Assembly: GCA_021157415.1 (NCBI GenBank)
Contig: JAGGWN010000109.1
Coordinates: forward strand, 164 to 64,163
Reading direction: 5' to 3'
DNA from: Bacteroidales bacterium
GTDB lineage: Bacteria; Bacteroidota; Bacteroidia; Bacteroidales; VadinHA17
Length of the DNA: 64,000 nucleotides
Notes under the pieces: generated by a model
Databases searched by the model: none
What the model was told of the DNA's origin: nothing
What the model saw: only the letters and a program-made list of their open reading frames with translations
Program-made: the position numbers and the translations under genes
Part shown: positions 46,990 to 56,182 of the stretch, piece after piece
How positions within the stretch are numbered: the first letter of the stretch is position 1
How the letters are laid out: each line of letters starts with the position of its first letter

Positions 46990-47332
46990 CGGTCATATTA
47001 CAATTGCCTGTAAACTTCGAGCCGGGTTCTATAGCCAGTTTATTGGTCATGATATCGCCATTGATACGGGCTGTTTTTCTCAGGGATAGTAGTTCGGAGA
47101 CGGTTATTTTTCCTTCAATAAATCCAAAAACTTCAGCATTTTTGCACGTAATCTCTCCTTTTACCTTTCCGGTTTCACCGATAACCAATTTCCCTTTGGT
47201 GGTAATGTTTCCTGTAAGACTACCTTCGATACGTATTCCTTCATTGGAATTGATGTCTCCGGTGATTTCCGTTCCTGCGGTAATAAAATTTACAATTACA
47301 TTGTTGCTATCTGTGCCGTTATATTTAGCCAT
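46907..47332 (-). CDS. Bactofilin (polymer-forming cytoskeletal protein)
   Basis: Repetitive beta-helix pattern: TEITGDINSNEGIRIEGSLTGNITTKGKLVIGETGKVKGEITCKNAEVFGFIEGKI...INGDI. The C-terminal tail is charged. Confidence 0.8.
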   Translation of the reverse strand: MAKYNGTDSNNVIVNFITAGTEITGDINSNEGIRIEGSLTGNITTKGKLVIGETGKVKGEITCKNAEVFGFIEGKITVSELLSLRKTARINGDIMTNKLAIEPGSKFTGNCNMTDDRSSKIFHQEEKNKSKTAAAEDKKTA

Positions 47333-47431
47333 TTTTATTTAATTTTATGTGTGTGATATTGTTTATTCTTCACTTACAAATTAAGGGTATAAAGGTAGAA
47401 AAAACCCTTGGTTTTCCAATACTGCCGGGTT

Positions 47432-48433
47432 TTACTTTTTCTTTCCGTCGTATGCCCATTTCAGATACAGGGCACCCCAGGTAAATCCGCCTCCGAAGGC
47501 TGCGAGGATAAGATTATCTCCTTTTTTTAGTTGGTCTTCCCATTCGTACAGGCACAGAGGAATGGTTGCGGTAGTGGTATTTCCGTATTTCTGTATATTG
47601 ATCATTACTTTTTCCTTAAGGAGTCCCATTCTTTTGGCGGTGGCTTCAATAATTCTCATGTTGGCCTGATGAGGGACCAGCCAGTTGAGTGTTTCAGGAG
47701 TCAGATTATGTTTTTTCATCATTTCAACGGACACATCCGCCATACGTGATACGGCAAATTTAAAAACCACTTTTCCATCCTGATAGACGAAATGTTCCCG
47801 GTTTTCAACGGTTTCATGAGAAGGCGGTCTGACAGAGCCTCCTGCTTTCATATAAAGATATTTTCTGCCGGAACCGTCCACATGAAAGATATGATCCATT
47901 ATGCCAATCTCTTCCTCGGTAGGTTCAAGAAGAACCGCAGCTGCAGCATCTCCGAAGAGAGGACAGGTTGTGCGGTCGGTATAGTCGGTGATAGCAGACA
48001 TTTTATCGGTTCCGACAACCACTACCTTCTTGTATTTCCCGGACTCAATAAATTCAGCTGCTGTTTGTAGCGTAAAAAGAAAGCCGGAACAAGCCGCATT
48101 GATATCAAAACTCCATGCATTTTTGATACCGACCTTGTCACTGATAATGTTTGAGGTAGCCGGAAAAAGACGGTCGGGTGTAACAGTAGCACATAAAAGC
48201 AGGTCTATGTCCTCAGGGGAGGTTCCGGTTTTTTCCAGTAATCCCCTGACGGCTTTGGCTCCCATGTAAGAAGATCCTCGTTCTCCTTTCAGGATTCGTC
48301 TTTCTTTGATCCCGATGCGTTGCATAATCCATTCGTCAGAAGTGTCTACCATCTTAGACAGTTCTTCGTTGGTAAGTTTATAATCAGGGACCCAGGCGTG
48401 AACGCCGGTGATGGCAGCATGAATTTTATTCAT
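47432..48433 (-). CDS. fabH: 3-oxoacyl-ACP synthase III
   Basis: Active-site INAACSGF (Cys), VPHQANMRI (His) and [10 protein letters not shown] (Asn). Confidence 0.93.
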   Translation of the reverse strand: MNKIHAAITGVHAWVPDYKLTNEELSKMVDTSDEWIMQRIGIKERRILKGERGSSYMGAKAVRGLLEKTGTSPEDIDLLLCATVTPDRLFPATSNIISDKVGIKNAWSFDINAACSGFLFTLQTAAEFIESGKYKKVVVVGTDKMSAITDYTDRTTCPLFGDAAAAVLLEPTEEEIGIMDHIFHVDGSGRKYLYMKAGGSVRPPSHETVENREHFVYQDGKVVFKFAVSRMADVSVEMMKKHNLTPETLNWLVPHQANMRIIEATAKRMGLLKEKVMINIQKYGNTTTATIPLCLYEWEDQLKKGDNLILAAFGGGFTWGALYLKWAYDGKKK

Positions 48434-48434
48434 T

Positions 48435-49379
48435 TTATTTGAAAGCTTTTAAGATTTTATTGGTTAAATCCGCCCTGACAATTTCCAGGGCCTGGTGTAA
48501 CATGTTTTTTATGGCAGTTTCATTGGAGATCCCATGACCTATAATAACATTTCCGTTAACGCCAAGAACAGGGGTTCCTCCGTATTTTTCAAAGTTAAAA
48601 CGTTCCAGAAAATCATCTTTTATTCCTCTGGCTTTGGCAATAAAATAAAAAGATTCGGCTTCTTTCAGGACAACATTACCAATAAAACCGTCACAAACCA
48701 CTACATCCGTTTTATCAGAAGTAAAAAATTCGTTGCTTTCAATATTTCCCACAAACCGGTAACGGCGGGTGTCTTTCATCATTTCGTAAGCGGACCGTGT
48801 GACCAGGTTTCCTTTGGTAGATTCTGCCCCGATATTCAGGAGGGCAACACGGGGTTCGGGGATTTTGAATACATATTGAGCATACAGGGATCCCAGGAGG
48901 CCGTATTGAAAAAGAACATCAGGTCTGGAATCGGGGGCAATACCCACATCCAGTATTATGGTTTGTCCGTTGTGGAGATTGGGCAAGGTAGCAGCAATCG
49001 TGGGGCGAATCACTCCCGGGATGGTTTTGACAGTCATGGTTGTCCCTACGAGCATAGCTCCGGTATTCCCTGCGCTGGCAAAAGCGTCCACTTTCTTTTG
49101 TTCCAGGAGCTTGAACCCTATAACAATACTGGATTCTTGTTTTTGGCTAAAGGCTTTGGTGGGATGATCCCCCATTTCTATTACTTCTGGGGCATGAACA
49201 ATATCCGCACAGTCTTTCAGTACGGGATATTTTTTCAGTTGTTTATGGATGATCTCTTTATTGCCGACCAGAACGATCCGGACGTCCTCAGGAAGCGTTT
49301 TCTTGGCAAGTTCCGCTCCGGCCAAGATAGCGTGTGGAGCATAATCACCGCCCATCACGTCCAGTCCTATACGTATCAT
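48435..49379 (-). CDS. plsX: Phosphate acyltransferase PlsX
   Basis: [19 protein letters not shown] and LLNIG motifs. Its stop lies 1 nt before the fabH start. Confidence 0.93.
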   Translation of the reverse strand: MIRIGLDVMGGDYAPHAILAGAELAKKTLPEDVRIVLVGNKEIIHKQLKKYPVLKDCADIVHAPEVIEMGDHPTKAFSQKQESSIVIGFKLLEQKKVDAFASAGNTGAMLVGTTMTVKTIPGVIRPTIAATLPNLHNGQTIILDVGIAPDSRPDVLFQYGLLGSLYAQYVFKIPEPRVALLNIGAESTKGNLVTRSAYEMMKDTRRYRFVGNIESNEFFTSDKTDVVVCDGFIGNVVLKEAESFYFIAKARGIKDDFLERFNFEKYGGTPVLGVNGNVIIGHGISNETAIKNMLHQALEIVRADLTNKILKAFK

Positions 49380-49391
49380 TATACGAAAAGA

Positions 49392-49577
49392 TTAAACTGA
49401 GGCTTCTTTCTCAATCACTTGCCTGCCACGATAAAAACCGCATTCCGGACAAACATGGTGATACTGTACGGTAGCACCGCAATTCGGGCAGGTCATTACC
49501 GTAGGAATTGCAGCTTTGTAATGCGTTCTTCTTTTGTTCCTTCTTTGCTTCGATGTTTTACGTTTTGGATGTGCCAT
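49392..49577 (-). CDS. rpmF: 50S ribosomal protein L32
   Basis: MAHPKRKTSKQRRNKRRTH..., with a CPNCG....H.VCPECGFY zinc ribbon. Confidence 0.93.
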   Translation of the reverse strand: MAHPKRKTSKQRRNKRRTHYKAAIPTVMTCPNCGATVQYHHVCPECGFYRGRQVIEKEASV

Positions 49578-49584
49578 AATGCTT

Positions 49585-50124
49585 CTAATTTATATTTTTT
49601 AATATTCCTTTTAATGCTGACCAACGTTCGTCATTGGTTTGTACATTTCCCTCCACAGACAATTCTTCCAGCTTTTTTAACATAACCGGATTACAGGTAG
49701 GATGACCTTCCTCATCATTCGGATGTACTCTGCGTAAAGGCAGAGCAAGATGGATAAATTCGTATATATACTGACTGATATTTAAAAAATAATCATCTTC
49801 GGGTATGGTGAGAGCATTGGCTGATTCCTCAATTCTTTCGTGACCGAATTTCACATACAGCGAGTATGTGAAATGAACAGGCAAATCAAACATTTCAAGA
49901 CAGCGGTCACAGGGAACCCTCACCGTTCCGTCAATGAAAAAATCAAATGTCAGCATGCGTGTGGACTTATGCAGGATTACCTCTATATGAAGTTGACCTT
50001 CTTTGATTTCGGATTCCGGGAAAATTTCAAAGAACGAACTATCTATTTCGAAATCAAAAATATGGTCACCTTCTTTTAATCCTTTGAAGGGAATTCTAAA
50101 CCTATCCGCATACCTCACACTCAT
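49585..50124 (-). CDS. yceD: YceD/DUF177 family protein
   Basis: 179 aa upstream of rpmF, the conserved yceD-rpmF-plsX-fabH order. CDRCLE motif present. Confidence 0.8.
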   Translation of the reverse strand: MSVRYADRFRIPFKGLKEGDHIFDFEIDSSFFEIFPESEIKEGQLHIEVILHKSTRMLTFDFFIDGTVRVPCDRCLEMFDLPVHFTYSLYVKFGHERIEESANALTIPEDDYFLNISQYIYEFIHLALPLRRVHPNDEEGHPTCNPVMLKKLEELSVEGNVQTNDERWSALKGILKNIN

Positions 50125-50160
50125 CCCTCAAAAATATTTCGTGCAAAAGTAGAAATTTAT

Positions 50161-50201
50161 ATGATAACAAAAAAAATATTCCCGGTTATCATCATGATAA
50201 C
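50161..50201. repeat. Three copies of the octamer ATGATAAC/GTTATCAT (one direct copy plus a 17-bp palindrome)
   Basis: ATGATAAC at 50161-50168. GTTATCAT-C-ATGATAAC at 50185-50201. The repeat sits in the 134-nt gap between the GH13/T9SS gene stop and the yceD start. Confidence 0.8.
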
Positions 50202-50258
50202 ATGATTCATAGTGATGTGCCGTATTATGCCTTTACCGGATCATAAGTTCAATATGCT

Positions 50259-53060
50259 TCAATAAATCACCACTTTATGAGAGTATATCTCTTTTGGGGT
50301 CTGTATCATTATAAGGTAGAGCCCGGGAGGCACGTTTCGGTTACCTCCGGAAAGGGAGAGGGAGATATCATTCTTTCCGGGATTCACATGAAAAAATTCA
50401 GTATAACGGGTACTGCCATCCATGCTCAGTAACTTTATTTGTGCAGGCTGATTTGTAATTGCCGAAAGAGACAAATGCAAAACAGATTGTACCGGGTTTG
50501 GATAAACCTCCAAACGGCTATTCTCGTTTTTTTGCGGGCGGATTCCTGCCGTAATGTCCGGAGGGGTGAGTTTTTTAGTTGTATAAATTCTATAGGCTCC
50601 GGGCGAGAAGGTGAAATGATAGTCAGGATTTGTGATTACCAGAGAATCTCCGCTAAAATATTCGTACCAGGTTCCTGTGGAAGGGAATGTTAAGGTAGCG
50701 GTTTTCTCAGTCACATCAAAGTTCCCGGTTATCAGGAGGTTCATGCTGGTGTCACGGATGGTGATCGTTTTTATCGCATCTGAGGTATTCAATATAAAAT
50801 CAGAACTCTGAAAAACGGGTTGCTCTTTTTTTAAACGGATCAGTGCTCCCATTACCTGATACAGTTTTCTCCTTTTCATATCGTTGTAATAATCCCAGCG
50901 AATGGGTTTATTCCCTGTGCGTCCGTTGTATTCGATCGAATAATCATATCCCATCTCTTCAAATTGCCAGATCATTTTAGGTCCCGGCACAGTAAAGAAA
51001 AAAGCAGAAATCAATTCAATTCGTTGGAGGGCTGTGGGAAGATTTTTGATGTTGTAGTCTCCCGAGGCATTCCCATAGGTCAGATTATTATACATGAGCC
51101 TTTCTTCATCATGACTCTCCATATAACCCACGATGTTCGGGCTGGACCACTCTCTGTTTTTCCATGAGATCCACCCAAAGTCCCAGTTACCACAAGGACC
51201 TGACGGGTAACCCATGGATGCCTGACCATATTGGCAGTTCAGGTTTCCCCATAGCAACATCCCATAGGCGGACAGTTCCTTTTCTTCGCTGTTTTCCGTA
51301 AAATGTTCAAGGATCAGAATCGCATCGTTTTTTACTTTCCGGATGGAATCAGCGTAGTTTTCCAATATCCGAATGCGGGAAGCATCGTAAGCCCATCCGT
51401 TTCCCGGCGTATTGGTGAATCCTTTGGTGAAGTCAAACCGGTATCCGTCCATATGGTATTCGTTGATCCAGTACCGGGTTACACGGATGACAAAATTTTT
51501 TGTTGCCGGACTTTCATGATTAAAATCATAACCCCAGCTATAATCCGTATTGGGAGAGGTTGTATTGTACCAGGGGTTTTCCGGGGAAGGTTCTCCCCAT
51601 TGTCCGGCATCAGGATCGAAATAAAGTTTTACCAAAGGGCATTGGCCCATGGAATGATTCAAAACAATGTCCTGAATTACTGCGATTCCAAGGGCATGGC
51701 AAGTGTCGATAAAAGCTTTCAGATCATTTTTTGGGCCGTAATACTTATCCGGGGCAAAATAATAATCGGGATTGTAGCCCCAGCTTTCGTTCCCCTCAAA
51801 TTCATTGATAGGCATCAGTTCGATAGCATTAATTCCAAGTCTTTTCAGGTATTCCAGTGTGTCGATAAGTGACCGGTAGGTATGTTGCGCGGTAAAATCC
51901 CGAACTAATAATTCGTAGATCACAAGATTATTGTTTTTCGGAGGTTGGAACCCGGTATGTTTCCATGGATAAGGCGTTTGTGCAGTTTGCAGTATGGATA
52001 CAATGCCTTCGGTTTTGCCTGTGGGATAAGGCTTCAGCCCCGGATAAACCCATTTGGGAATCCAGGGGTCGTTCCACGGATCCAGAATCTTGTCGGCAAA
52101 GGGATCGCCGATGCGGATTGTCCCGTCCACCAGATACTGAAAAGAATATTCCTGTAACGGCTGCAGATGGTTGATACGGATCCAGTAATGTTTTCCGTCA
52201 GGGGTACGTTTCATATAACTACTGTCACAGGGCAGCCAGTTGTTAAAATCCCCGATGACAAAAACATACTCTTTAAAAGGAGCATAAAGAGAAAGAATTA
52301 CGGAGGAATCGTTCAGATAATTTATACCTTCTGAGATTCCTTCGGGAAGGTCTTCCGTAACCACGGGAGGGCGTACGTAAAAGTAGAAAGAATCGGTTAC
52401 GGAGCCGGTGATGTCATAAGCAGTAAAATAAGCCGTATGACCTCCCGTTTGGTACATTTCCAGGTTTAGGGTTAAATCACTATTGGTTGTACCTGAAATA
52501 TAGGTTTTATCTATAAACAGATTCATGCTGTCGGCTTTGGTGGCAGTGGCGTCCATGTACAAAGTGTCTCCTGTTTTCAAAATTAGTGATGATTCTTGTG
52601 GTATTAGGATGCTCACATTCAGCCCTTCGGGAAAGACATTCACGAAAAGATCGGAAGTTTGTTTGGTGGCATCGGCACTTCGGAAAACAAAAGCCATCTT
52701 TGCTATTGTGTCGTTTGTGTTTACACTGTAAAAAGTACGGATATCAGGCGAGATATCCAGTTCGTAGGTATAATTTCCCAGATAGATGAGTTGTGGCTGT
52801 GCAGAATTATCCCCCCACGACCCGATCACGTTTTGCCATCCTTCTTTTCCTTTCAGGATTACACCGGTATGGGTGTAGATATCTCCTGTAAAGTTTTTCA
52901 GGGCACCGGAGACCTTGTCGGAATGGAAATAAACTTTTACAGGTTGTGTTTCAACAGGAACTTCCGGGTCGGTAGTAACCACCTGTGCCTGAAGAGAAGA
53001 AAAAGCCAGAAAAAAAGCCAGGAAACTAAAAATGCTTTTTGAAAGATCTGTTCGTTTCAT
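50259..53060 (-). CDS. GH13-family alpha-glucan hydrolase (pullulanase/amylase-like, with CBM48-like module) carrying a T9SS C-terminal sorting domain
   Basis: Signal peptide and N-terminal beta-sandwich regions. An E-set/CBM48-like segment is present (GDFNNWLP...DGKHYWIRI). GH13 regions: AVIQDIVLNHS, DGYRFDFTKGF, ILEHFT and YMESHDEE. The C-terminus LEVYPNPVQSVLHLSLS...PPGLYLIMIQ....HKVVIY is a type-A T9SS CTD. Confidence 0.85.
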   Translation of the reverse strand: MKRTDLSKSIFSFLAFFLAFSSLQAQVVTTDPEVPVETQPVKVYFHSDKVSGALKNFTGDIYTHTGVILKGKEGWQNVIGSWGDNSAQPQLIYLGNYTYELDISPDIRTFYSVNTNDTIAKMAFVFRSADATKQTSDLFVNVFPEGLNVSILIPQESSLILKTGDTLYMDATATKADSMNLFIDKTYISGTTNSDLTLNLEMYQTGGHTAYFTAYDITGSVTDSFYFYVRPPVVTEDLPEGISEGINYLNDSSVILSLYAPFKEYVFVIGDFNNWLPCDSSYMKRTPDGKHYWIRINHLQPLQEYSFQYLVDGTIRIGDPFADKILDPWNDPWIPKWVYPGLKPYPTGKTEGIVSILQTAQTPYPWKHTGFQPPKNNNLVIYELLVRDFTAQHTYRSLIDTLEYLKRLGINAIELMPINEFEGNESWGYNPDYYFAPDKYYGPKNDLKAFIDTCHALGIAVIQDIVLNHSMGQCPLVKLYFDPDAGQWGEPSPENPWYNTTSPNTDYSWGYDFNHESPATKNFVIRVTRYWINEYHMDGYRFDFTKGFTNTPGNGWAYDASRIRILENYADSIRKVKNDAILILEHFTENSEEKELSAYGMLLWGNLNCQYGQASMGYPSGPCGNWDFGWISWKNREWSSPNIVGYMESHDEERLMYNNLTYGNASGDYNIKNLPTALQRIELISAFFFTVPGPKMIWQFEEMGYDYSIEYNGRTGNKPIRWDYYNDMKRRKLYQVMGALIRLKKEQPVFQSSDFILNTSDAIKTITIRDTSMNLLITGNFDVTEKTATLTFPSTGTWYEYFSGDSLVITNPDYHFTFSPGAYRIYTTKKLTPPDITAGIRPQKNENSRLEVYPNPVQSVLHLSLSAITNQPAQIKLLSMDGSTRYTEFFHVNPGKNDISLSLSGGNRNVPPGLYLIMIQTPKEIYSHKVVIY

Positions 53061-53071
53061 GAAATGTTGTT

Positions 53072-54919
53072 TTAACGCAGTTCGAGGATCAAGGGAGTAT
53101 GGGGAAGAACATCAATGACCGGGTGAAGAAGATAGGATTTATGATCAAAAATATTCACTCCATAGGTGTATTTCCCGGTGATTTCATCAAATCTTCCGGT
53201 ATTTAAATGGGTCGTTTTCTTATTCTTGTTGAGGATAACCATAATTGTTTTTTCCGGTATTGATCTAAAGAAAACATATACTCCGTTTTCAGGCATAAAA
53301 TGAATAAGACTTCCTGATTGAACAGCAGGTTCATTTTTCCGCCAATTCAACAACCTTTTCATTTCATCCTGTATTTTTTTGACGGCGGGATTTATATTTT
53401 GCCCGGTAAATGCATTGGCAATATCTCCCGGCCATCCCCCTGGAAAATCTCTGCGAATGGTGCCGTGGTCATTGTCTTTTCTGTTGCTCATAAGCAGCTC
53501 GGTACCGTATAAAATCTGGGGAATACCCCGGGTGGTCAGCAGGAAAGCCATTCCCAGCCGGAAGAGAGCTGTGTCGTTGTGGACTTGCCTAAAAAAACGA
53601 TTCATATCATGATTATCCCCGAAAATGACCAGGTTATCGGGGGCAGGATAGACAAAATCCCGTGCCAGGACATCATAGAGCTTTCTCCATCCGGCATTCC
53701 AGTTTTCTTTTTCTGTCAGACTTTGTGACAGGGCCTGCTGTAGCGGAAAGTCCATAAGACCGGGAAGGCCGGGTTTGTATCCATCCCTGTTGATTTGTCC
53801 TTTTTGCCAATAAGAAACGAAGGATGGATGGGTATTCCATTCTTCTCCTACGATCATAAAATGCGGGTATTCCTCCAGGATCCTGCGTGTCCACCGTGCC
53901 ATGAAATTTTTATCAGGATAAGGATAGGTGTCCATACGAATTCCCTGAAGACCGGCATATTCTATCCACCAGATGCTGTTCTGGATCAGGTACGTGGCTA
54001 AAAAAGGATTTTTCTGGTTTAAGTCAGGCATGGTAGGGACAAACCATCCCTTCGTCAGTTTGATACGGTCGGCCCGGGAGGCGTGAGGATCCATATTAAC
54101 CGAATGAATATGGTTGGTGATAAAATAGTCGGGATACTCATTGATCCAGTCAGAGGAGGGAAGGTCTTTCATCCACCAGTGCTCCGATCCGCAATGATTG
54201 AAAACCATATCCATGATAAGTTTGATACCGTTTATTTGGCATGCATGTCCCAATTGTCTGTACAGATCGTTGGTTCCCAGCCGGGGGTCCACCCTGTAAA
54301 AATCGGTAATGGCATAACCGTGATAAGATTGTTCGGGTTGGTCGTTTTCCAGAACCGGGGTGGACCATAATGCCGTAAATCCCATTTCTTTAATGTAATC
54401 CAGATGATCTATGATTCCTTGAATATCACCTCCGTGTCTGCCGTAAGGTTCTTTACGGTCCAGGCCTTCTTTCATACTTTTCACCTCATCATTGGCAGGA
54501 TCCCCGTTGGCAAAACGATCAGGCATCAATAAGTAAATTACATCCGAAGGACCAAAGCCATCCCGGGAGACAGATCCTGTTTTCCGTTTTTTTAATGCAT
54601 AGACGTATCTGTAAAATCTTTTCCCGCCCTTAGAAAAGTCGATATAAAAGTTTCCCGGGCTGATACCTGATTTGACAGACAGATGCAGAAACAAATAATT
54701 TGGATTATCGGTTTTTGAAACAGAGTCTATTGTAATGCCAGAATATGCAGTAAGAACAACCTGAGATTTTGCTATGTCCTTACCATGGACCAGGATCTGA
54801 AGATACGGGTTTTTCATTCCCACCCACCAGGAAGGAGGTTCGATATGATCGGGAATGTTTTGTCCGTAGATTGAGACGAAAACAAAAGAAAGCAATAAGC
54901 ACAAATACGTACGAAACAT
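53072..54919 (-). CDS. GH13 cyclomaltodextrinase/neopullulanase-like enzyme (SusA-like, periplasmic)
   Basis: Signal peptide. N-terminal domain EPPSWWVGMKNPYLQILVHG (cyclomaltodextrinase N-type). GH13 regions: LIMDMVFNHCG, QGIRMDTYPY, IVGEEW and FGDNHDMNR. Confidence 0.85.
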   Translation of the reverse strand: MFRTYLCLLLSFVFVSIYGQNIPDHIEPPSWWVGMKNPYLQILVHGKDIAKSQVVLTAYSGITIDSVSKTDNPNYLFLHLSVKSGISPGNFYIDFSKGGKRFYRYVYALKKRKTGSVSRDGFGPSDVIYLLMPDRFANGDPANDEVKSMKEGLDRKEPYGRHGGDIQGIIDHLDYIKEMGFTALWSTPVLENDQPEQSYHGYAITDFYRVDPRLGTNDLYRQLGHACQINGIKLIMDMVFNHCGSEHWWMKDLPSSDWINEYPDYFITNHIHSVNMDPHASRADRIKLTKGWFVPTMPDLNQKNPFLATYLIQNSIWWIEYAGLQGIRMDTYPYPDKNFMARWTRRILEEYPHFMIVGEEWNTHPSFVSYWQKGQINRDGYKPGLPGLMDFPLQQALSQSLTEKENWNAGWRKLYDVLARDFVYPAPDNLVIFGDNHDMNRFFRQVHNDTALFRLGMAFLLTTRGIPQILYGTELLMSNRKDNDHGTIRRDFPGGWPGDIANAFTGQNINPAVKKIQDEMKRLLNWRKNEPAVQSGSLIHFMPENGVYVFFRSIPEKTIMVILNKNKKTTHLNTGRFDEITGKYTYGVNIFDHKSYLLHPVIDVLPHTPLILELR

Positions 54920-54929
54920 AGTGATTGCA

Positions 54930-56078
54930 TTAAAACTGATAGGATAAATTCATAAAGGTTATGGCGTTAATGGTGTTGCCACTGAAATCAAAAAAGGTAT
55001 TACAATCCCACGCCGAACCTGTTCCGCCAGGAGTTTTCATTTGGGATGTAATCCAGTCGGGTTCCCAGTAAAAAATTCCTTTTCCCCCTCCGTCAATGAT
55101 TTCCTGCGTTAAAGTTACAAGATAGTTATATTGGCCCTGACGGTTGGCCGGATAATCCGGTAAAAGTTTATTCACATCAATAATATTTCCCAGATTATCT
55201 GCGTTTTGGAGGGTCCATGGATAGGCTGTTTCCATCACCATTACCTCTTTTCCGTATTTCTTGCGGAGTTGGTCCGTATAGTTGCTGATGTTTGCCAAAG
55301 GAACATCTGACCACATATAATAATAAGAAAAACCGATTATGTCGAAATTACCCAGCCCTTTTTCCTGAAGTCCGTCAAACCACGTTATTGCATTTTCCGG
55401 TTGAGCTATATGTAGGATTATTTTGGGATGAACCGTACTTTCCGATCCTGCGTCCCGGATAGCCCGGATAGCGGCATTTATCAAATAAATAAAATCTCCG
55501 GTATGATGCCAACGGTCACCCTGAGGCAGTAAAAAGCCCGGGTTGATTTCATTTCCGGGCTGGACATACTCCGGCATTAAATGGAGCTGATCCAGTTTTT
55601 TCAAGGAGAGATAGGTGTATTGGTAGATACTGTCGTGCAATGTTTTCAGATCAAGATCCTGCCAGGCCACGGGGATGATCTGATGGCCGGGATCAGCCCA
55701 TGTGTCTGAATAATGGATGTCGAGGCATACCTGTAACCCGGATTTTTTGGCACGGGATATTCCAAGTTTCACATCATCAAAATCATTGTACATCCGCGAT
55801 TCTTCAGGCTTGTATATTTCTTTGGTCCATACGGGGTTGTGAAAAAGGCGGAACCGGATAACATTTGCGCCATGAGTCTTGAAGATCATATAAGGATCTT
55901 TAACATATCCGGAATCGCGAAAGATGCCTCCGTGTTCCAGGATCTGGTTGGCAAAGGACAAATCAGCGCCCATAACAAACTGATCCGGAGTGTAGAATGT
56001 TCTTTGGGTACCGGATTCTTCCTTGTTGCACCCGGCAGCCAAAAGTATCAATAATATAGAAATGAAAAGGTAATTCAT
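54930..56078 (-). CDS. GH53 arabinogalactan endo-beta-1,4-galactanase (lipoprotein)
   Basis: Lipobox LLAAGC. GH53 signature strings: GADLSF, ANVIRFRLFHNP, DIHYSDTWADP, VQPGNEINPG (acid/base), GFSYYYMW, VMVMETAYPW (nucleophile) and GIFYWEPDWI. Confidence 0.88.
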   Translation of the reverse strand: MNYLFISILLILLAAGCNKEESGTQRTFYTPDQFVMGADLSFANQILEHGGIFRDSGYVKDPYMIFKTHGANVIRFRLFHNPVWTKEIYKPEESRMYNDFDDVKLGISRAKKSGLQVCLDIHYSDTWADPGHQIIPVAWQDLDLKTLHDSIYQYTYLSLKKLDQLHLMPEYVQPGNEINPGFLLPQGDRWHHTGDFIYLINAAIRAIRDAGSESTVHPKIILHIAQPENAITWFDGLQEKGLGNFDIIGFSYYYMWSDVPLANISNYTDQLRKKYGKEVMVMETAYPWTLQNADNLGNIIDVNKLLPDYPANRQGQYNYLVTLTQEIIDGGGKGIFYWEPDWITSQMKTPGGTGSAWDCNTFFDFSGNTINAITFMNLSYQF

Positions 56079-56133
56079 GATATAAACAGTCAGTCAAAAA
56101 AATAAATGTAAAATAAGAAGAATTGTGGAAAAG

Positions 56134-56170
56134 AAAAAGCGGTTAACTTTTCGGGTTAACCGCTTTTTTT
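56134..56170 (-). terminator. Rho-independent terminator after the SusE/F-like gene
   Basis: GCGGTTAAC (56139-56147) pairs with GTTAACCGC (56155-56163) around a 7-nt loop. It is flanked by A5 and T7 runs and lies 13 nt after the stop at 56183. Confidence 0.65.
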
Positions 56171-56182
56171 AATACACCAACT

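Noticed and set aside
48534-49400. 288-aa ORF on the plus strand
   Set aside because: It is antisense to plsX (and the rpmF end) and has no motifs. plsX on the minus strand has diagnostic signatures and fits the conserved yceD-rpmF-plsX-fabH order.
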